The translations under genes and the position numbers were made by a program. From Cryomorphaceae bacterium (GTDB taxonomy: Bacteria; Bacteroidota; Bacteroidia; Flavobacteriales; UBA7430), in contig BOWN01000001.1 of the NCBI GenBank assembly GCA_019649675.1, positions 463,263 to 527,262 of the forward strand: 64,000 nt of DNA, given 5' to 3'. Below the pieces are notes generated by a model. The model had not been told where the DNA came from. It searched no databases and saw nothing but the letters and a program-made list of their open reading frames with translations. Position 1 is the first letter of the stretch. Each line of letters begins with the position of its first letter. This document shows, in pieces, positions 58,561 to 64,000 of the stretch.

Positions 58561-59487
58561 ATGGGTACACCAGTTAAAATATTTTCAGGAAGAGCAACCT
58601 TACCATTAGCAAAAGAAATTGCCAAGAGTTACGGTGTAGCTTTGGGAAATGTTATCATTTCTAGATTTAGCGATGGTGAGTTTATCCCTTCTTTTGAAGA
58701 GACGGTTAGAGGCTCAAAAGTATTTATCATTCAGTCTACACCACCACCATCAGATAATTTAATGGAATTGTTACTGATGATTGATGCAGCAAAGCGTGCA
58801 TCGGCTGAACAAATTGTTGCTGTTATGCCTTATTTTGGTATGGCACGACAAGATCGCAAAGACAAGCCTAGAGTACCAATAGGTGCAAAGCTAGTTGCCA
58901 ATATGCTCTCGGCAGCTGGTGCTACAAGAGTAATGACTTGTGATCTTCATGCAGATCAAATTCAGGGCTTCCTTGAGGTTCCGGTAGATCACCTGTATGG
59001 ATCTTCTGTGTTTATCGATCACATTCGAGCATTAAACTTAAATAAGTTAACTATTGCATCACCTGATATGGGTGGCTCTAAGCGCGCAAATGCATATGCA
59101 AAACATTTGGCTTGCGAAATGGTTATTTGTTACAAGCATAGAAAAAAAGCCAATGAAGTTGGTGAGATGCGTGTTATCGGTGATGTAAAAGGTAAAAACA
59201 TTATTCTTGTAGATGACATGGTTGATACAGCCGGCACACTCACAAAAGCCGCTGATATGATGATTAAAGAAGGTGCGCTATCAGTCAGAGCTATTTGTAC
59301 TCATGCTGTTTTGTCTGGTGATGCATACAATCGCATTGAGAATTCAAAAATACTAGAGCTCATTATTTCTGACACACTACCAAGTAATAAAAGTCCTAAA
59401 ATAAAAGTCTTAAGTATCGCTCCAATGTTCGCCAATGTTATTAAAAACGTTGTGTTCAATGAGTCGATAAGCAAAAAACTTTATTAA
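58561..59487 (+). CDS. prs: Ribose-phosphate pyrophosphokinase
   Basis: FSDGE, PYFGMARQDRK, DLHADQIQGF, VDDMVDTAGTL. Confidence 0.97.
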   Translation: MGTPVKIFSGRATLPLAKEIAKSYGVALGNVIISRFSDGEFIPSFEETVRGSKVFIIQSTPPPSDNLMELLLMIDAAKRASAEQIVAVMPYFGMARQDRKDKPRVPIGAKLVANMLSAAGATRVMTCDLHADQIQGFLEVPVDHLYGSSVFIDHIRALNLNKLTIASPDMGGSKRANAYAKHLACEMVICYKHRKKANEVGEMRVIGDVKGKNIILVDDMVDTAGTLTKAADMMIKEGALSVRAICTHAVLSGDAYNRIENSKILELIISDTLPSNKSPKIKVLSIAPMFANVIKNVVFNESISKKLY

Positions 59488-59515
59488 TTAATTCATTAAC
59501 TAAAAATCAAACAAA

Positions 59516-60144
59516 ATGAAATCAGTATCTATTAGCGCTGAAAAGCGTGTAGATTTGGGGAAAAAAGAAGCTAAGTCTTTAAGGGCTGCGGGAAAAGTAC
59601 CATGCGTTGTTTACGGAGGTGAGACTATCCTTCACTTTGCCGCTTCGGAGGTCGCTTTTAATAACCTTGTTTACACACCAAATGTATATACGGTGGCGAT
59701 TGATATTGAGGGCAATACTGTGAATGCCCTTATCAAAGACATTCAATTCCACCCCGTAACAGACCGAATTATTCATGTTGACTTTATTGAGCTGACGGCA
59801 GGAAAAGAAGTGAACACGGAAATCCCGGTGATAATTACTGGAAACGCAATCGGGGTGAGAAATGGTGGAAAATTAAGAAAGACACTTCGTAAACTAAGCG
59901 TAAGATCCACGCCAGAAAATCTCCCTGATGCAATAACGCTCGACATCACAGATATGAAAATTGGAGAGAAAATTTATGTTCGTGACATCGATTCAGACAA
60001 TTTTGACATTCTCACTTCAGGGAATGCTGTTGTTGTTGCTGTAAAAACAGCTCGTAATGCAGTTGAGGTTGAGGATGAAGTAGAGAGCGAAGATGGTTCT
60101 GAGAGCGCTGAGCGCCTGCTACTGACACTCCTGCTGCAGAATAA
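59516..60144 (+). CDS. rplY: 50S ribosomal protein L25/Ctc (tail frameshifted)
   Basis: [23 protein letters not shown]; prs-rplY-pth gene order. Confidence 0.95.
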
Positions 60145-60146
60145 GC

Positions 60147-60713
60147 ATGAAAAAATTCCTAATCATTGGTTTAGGTAATGTTGGTGATTCATACAGAGGT
60201 ACGAGACACAACATTGGTTTCAAAATATTGGATGCGCTAGCTAGCGCATCCCAAAATTTCTTTTGAGCCAAATCGTTATGCAGATACTTCGAAATTGAAA
60301 ATTAAAGGGCGAACTCTAGTCTTGGTAAAACCGACCACATTTATGAACCTAAGTGGGAAAGCAGTAAACTACTATCTGCAGTCTGAAAAAATTGAACCTA
60401 AAAACCTTCTCATTATTACTGATGATCTTGCGCTTCCATTTGGAACATTTCGCTTGCGAACTAAAGGAAGTGATGGTGGACACAATGGTTTAAAACACAT
60501 CATTCAAACGCTTAATAGCACAAATTTTCAAGGATTCGGTTTGGTGTCGGGAATGAGTTTTCTAAGGGCAAACAAGTTGATTACGTGTTAGGACAATGGT
60601 CAGAAGAAGAAGAGTGTGCACTTCAAGAACGGATTGATACTGCTATAGAAATAATTAAAAGTTTTGTGATGGTTGGAGCTACACAAACCATGACCCTTTT
60701 CAACGGAAAATAA
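60147..60713 (+). CDS. pth: Peptidyl-tRNA hydrolase (frameshifted)
   Basis: [35 protein letters not shown]. Confidence 0.95.
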
Positions 60714-60724
60714 AACCCTTAAAC

Positions 60725-61762
60725 CTATTTATGAGTCTCAAGCTTTGGGTTCATAATTCGAAACCATAAGGGAGGTATTAAACTTAAAATCATCATGCCT
60801 GGATATCCTGTTGGGAGCTGAGGCGCATCATCATGATGGTTTAACACCTGGTACTTCTTATGTGCTTTAAAATGGTGATCTGAATGCCGCGATAAATTAA
60901 ACATCATTAGCCGGCCAAATACATGATTTGAGTTCCAGGAATGGTGTGCCTTAACCCTTTCGTGACGACCTTTTTCATTCTTTTTTCTTTGCAAACCATA
61001 GTGTTCTAAATACTGAACAGTTTCAAAACTCACATAGGCAATGGCAGCATTAAATAAGAACGCCATAAGTATAAAACCACCAAACAAATAGTAAATCAAA
61101 CCAACAAATAAAATCTGTATAATTTGAAATTGAATCATCTCATTGTGCAAACTAAAATTAGACTGTTTGAATTCACTTCAAGCCTTTTCTTTTCAAGCTG
61201 CCATGCAGAAAGATATTCATTAAGTATTGCCCGAAACCAAAAGGCATAAACAGTCTCACCTTTGCGGGCGGTGGAGGGGTCTTCAAAAGTAGCTACGTTT
61301 TTGTGATGCCCTCTATTATGCTCTATAAAGAAATGCATCATTAGGGTTGTCAAAAGCATTAACTTAGATAAAAATTGCTCTCCCCAAGATTGACGGTGAC
61401 CTAGTTCATGAGCCAAGTTAATAGCAAACGTTGTAACTAGCCCCATTGATAATACTCGGCCAACAACTTCATATATTTGAAGCGATGCGTCTTGCAAAGA
61501 GAAAAGAAAAACGCATAATAAGACCAAGTGAAGTCCTACGGAGGTGTAAAGTATCAAATCGTATGCAATATTTTTTTGCAAGACTTTCCTCAAATTCCGA
61601 AAAGTTACGCTCATCATTTATTAAAAAAAACTCAATCAACGGAATCATAGCGTATGCATATAAAAAAGCACTATATGTCAGAACTCCTCTTTGAGTAAAA
61701 CTCAAATAAGCGAAAAAAGCCAAAGAAAGAGGTGCTACTGTAAATTTTATCGCGCTAATCAT
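60725..61762 (-). CDS. alkB: Alkane 1-monooxygenase family membrane diiron enzyme (frameshifted)
   Basis: His boxes AHELGHR, EHNRGHH, YLEHYGL and LSRHSDHH, plus PQLPTGYP. Confidence 0.9.
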
Positions 61763-61876
61763 GTATACCTAATTTAGTAAAATTTATTCCCCTTAAATAA
61801 ATCTAAAAAACACATTTATATTGTTTTTGTATCTTGTCACAAATATAAGGTACTATTTGATAAAGTTTAAAAAATT

Positions 61877-62794
61877 ATGAAAACTCTTCTTATTTCCCTA
61901 ATACTAACTGTTGGGGTTAGTGCATCTGCACAAATTGATGAATGTTGTATTAATCCAGACTGGATAAACCCTAATGCCATGTGCACCATGGAATTTAATC
62001 CTGTTGTTGGATGTAATGGCGTGGAATACAGCAATCCTTGTGTTGCTCAAGTTTCTGGTGTTACCTCATGGACCAATGCTGCTACCGGATTGACTAATAC
62101 ATTAGACTGGAACTGTGAAACTGGGGGGGTGCTTTGTACATCGTTGTCTGGAATCGAAATTTTTGAATACGGTTTCTGGGCAAACCCTAATGACCCATGT
62201 GATATGGGGGAGTGTGCACCAAATGGGGAATTCTATGGCATTGCTATAGACTGTGCTTCATGGTTTGGCGCTCCTTGTAATGGAGAGTGGGTTAATGTTG
62301 ACGGGGAATGTTGCCCTGTATGTATCGAAGTAGAACCACTTTGTACCTCTTATTCTGGCATTGACATCTTTGAAAGTGGTGAATGGACGAACCCTAACGA
62401 TCCATGTGATTTTGGGTTCTGTGGTGATGACGGATTCTTTTCAGGCGTCATTATTGACTGTCCAGAACAAATGGGTATGCCATGTGATGGTGAGTGGGTG
62501 TTAGAAGATGGGGCTTGTTGCTCTACTTGTGTAGAAAATACTTATTCTGATTGTGGAAGCATTTCTATTACACTTAACAATGGCTGGAATATGATTGGCT
62601 TTGCTTGTTCAGAAAACACAAATGCCATGATTGCTTTTGCTGCCATACAAGACAAAATTATTATTGCAAAAGACGGTGTTGGAAATGCATATTTACCAGA
62701 TTGGGATTTTAATGGTATTGGCGAACTTGAGAGAGGTTATGGCTACCTTATAAAAGTATCTGAAGAAATAATCGATTATAATATTTGTGACTAA
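61877..62794 (+). CDS. Secreted Cys-rich protein: Kazal-like unit, two tandem Cys-rich repeats and a C-terminal GWN domain
   Basis: Signal SA-Q; CTMEFNPVVGCNGVEYSNPCVA; two copies of LCTSxSGIxIFExGxWxNPNDPCDxGxC...CC..C. Confidence 0.75.
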   Translation: MKTLLISLILTVGVSASAQIDECCINPDWINPNAMCTMEFNPVVGCNGVEYSNPCVAQVSGVTSWTNAATGLTNTLDWNCETGGVLCTSLSGIEIFEYGFWANPNDPCDMGECAPNGEFYGIAIDCASWFGAPCNGEWVNVDGECCPVCIEVEPLCTSYSGIDIFESGEWTNPNDPCDFGFCGDDGFFSGVIIDCPEQMGMPCDGEWVLEDGACCSTCVENTYSDCGSISITLNNGWNMIGFACSENTNAMIAFAAIQDKIIIAKDGVGNAYLPDWDFNGIGELERGYGYLIKVSEEIIDYNICD

Positions 62795-62890
62795 GATGAA
62801 AGTTTAAATCGTTTAAAAATGCGCCTCAATCTGAGGTGTATTTTTTTATTCAAAAATTTGAGAAGTTTATATTAGATAACAAAGCGCTTA

Positions 62891-63989
62891 ATGATTCTAT
62901 ATCTCTACCCTCAATGGCTGCGAATAAGCACATGTCAATTTTTTAAACTGTTGACAGAATCCATGTGTCTGTTTCCTTTTCGCCCTAACTCTATTCATAA
63001 ATTCGTTTTGGTGACACTGCTCTCTATCTGTGCTTTACTCATTTCGTACATACATCTAAGCGTTGTTTTTGTGGAACAAGTCCTGTTTTCTTTATTCGTC
63101 TCATTTAAAGCCTACCCTACCGTATTCATTATTGGTCCACCGCGAAGTGGTACCACGCGCATGCATAAGCTTTTGGCTAAAGACGTTGAGACATTTAGCT
63201 CAATGAAAATGTGGGAGCTTTTTTTTGCGCCTGCAATAAGCCAAAAACTTATACTTATTTGTTTGGGTAAAATTGACGAATTGTTTGGCGCGCCTTTCTT
63301 TAGACTTATACAATATTTTGAAAAAAAAATCTTTAAAGACTTTAATCGTATTCATAAGCTCGGGCTTTTTAACGTAGAAGAGGATGCACTTATTTTGTTC
63401 CACTTATTTTCTTGCTATCATATGTCATTCCTAATAGGCAAAGAGCGGTCTTATTCGCACTTAAATTACGATAAGGGTGTTCCTAAGGCGGTTTGGGCAT
63501 ATTACAAAATTTGTGTGGACAACCATATGCGCCTTAACTCAAAAAAAAACGTATTTATCTAAAAACCCTTTTTTCTCAGGGTCTTCTGTGTCTCTAAGCG
63601 AATTATTTAAAGCGCCCAAATTCATATACATGGACAGAGAAATGAGTCAGGTTGCGCCATCATTTTTTAGCTTGAAAAAGTTTCTTTCACATGTTTTTTA
63701 TGGAAATCAGCCTAGCAAAATGCAATATAAATCTATTCTTAAAACATTGCATTTTTGGCGTGATGCTCCATTAAATGAGATTTATAAATCCGCTATATTC
63801 AGAGTAAGCTTTAAAAAATTAACCACAGAGCCAATGGATCTAGTTATTAAAATTTATCACTTTTTAGGAATAAAAATGGGTGCAGAACACAAAAATGGGT
63901 TAATTGCGGAGGTGCAAAAAGCGAAAGTTTACAAAAGTGAACACAAGGGATTCACCAAAATATTGATCTTGAAAATTAATTTGATTTAA
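62891..63989 (+). CDS. Sulfotransferase family protein (one frameshift)
   Basis: 5'-PSB-like IIGPPRSGTT; second frame YLSKNP...KFIYMDR...SFFS. Confidence 0.8.
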
Positions 63990-64000
63990 AATTAAAAAAA

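Overview
This is a low-GC chromosomal window from a Bacteroidota (Flavobacteriales-like) genome. The evidence is T9SS-type C-terminal domains, TAnnTTTG promoters, a Bacteroidota-type SRP RNA and S46/M28 peptidases. It reads like an error-prone long-read consensus: many essential genes carry 1-2 nt indels, and roughly 47.3-54.5 kb is heavily corrupted. Most of the window is housekeeping (alr, rnpA, hemD/B/L, hppD-hmgA, cysS, uvrC, asd, glyQS, rlmN, ispD, queA, truB, nrdB/nrdA, prs, rplY, pth), interspersed with secreted Cys-rich proteins. The best candidate for an undescribed system is an integrase-free, integron-like cassette array anchored at the 3' end of a tRNA-Leu (48.2-55.9 kb). Unrelated cargo genes there (GIY-YIG nuclease, secreted lectin-like protein, EcoRI-family methylase plus DUF262-HNH nuclease, membrane protein, beta-barrel protein) are separated by four copies of a ~150-180 bp element. 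The right half of this element is the same hairpin that follows the tRNA, and its left half conserves a recombinase-tail-like reading frame. Also notable are a 1589-aa T9SS lysyl-oxidase-domain protein, a Tat-signal plus T9SS intradiol dioxygenase, an ATP-cone NrdB (the apparent NrdB-NrdA fusion is an artefact) and a recurring unnamed 'GWN...FNGIG...GYQIK' domain. All family calls come from motif recognition, not database searches.
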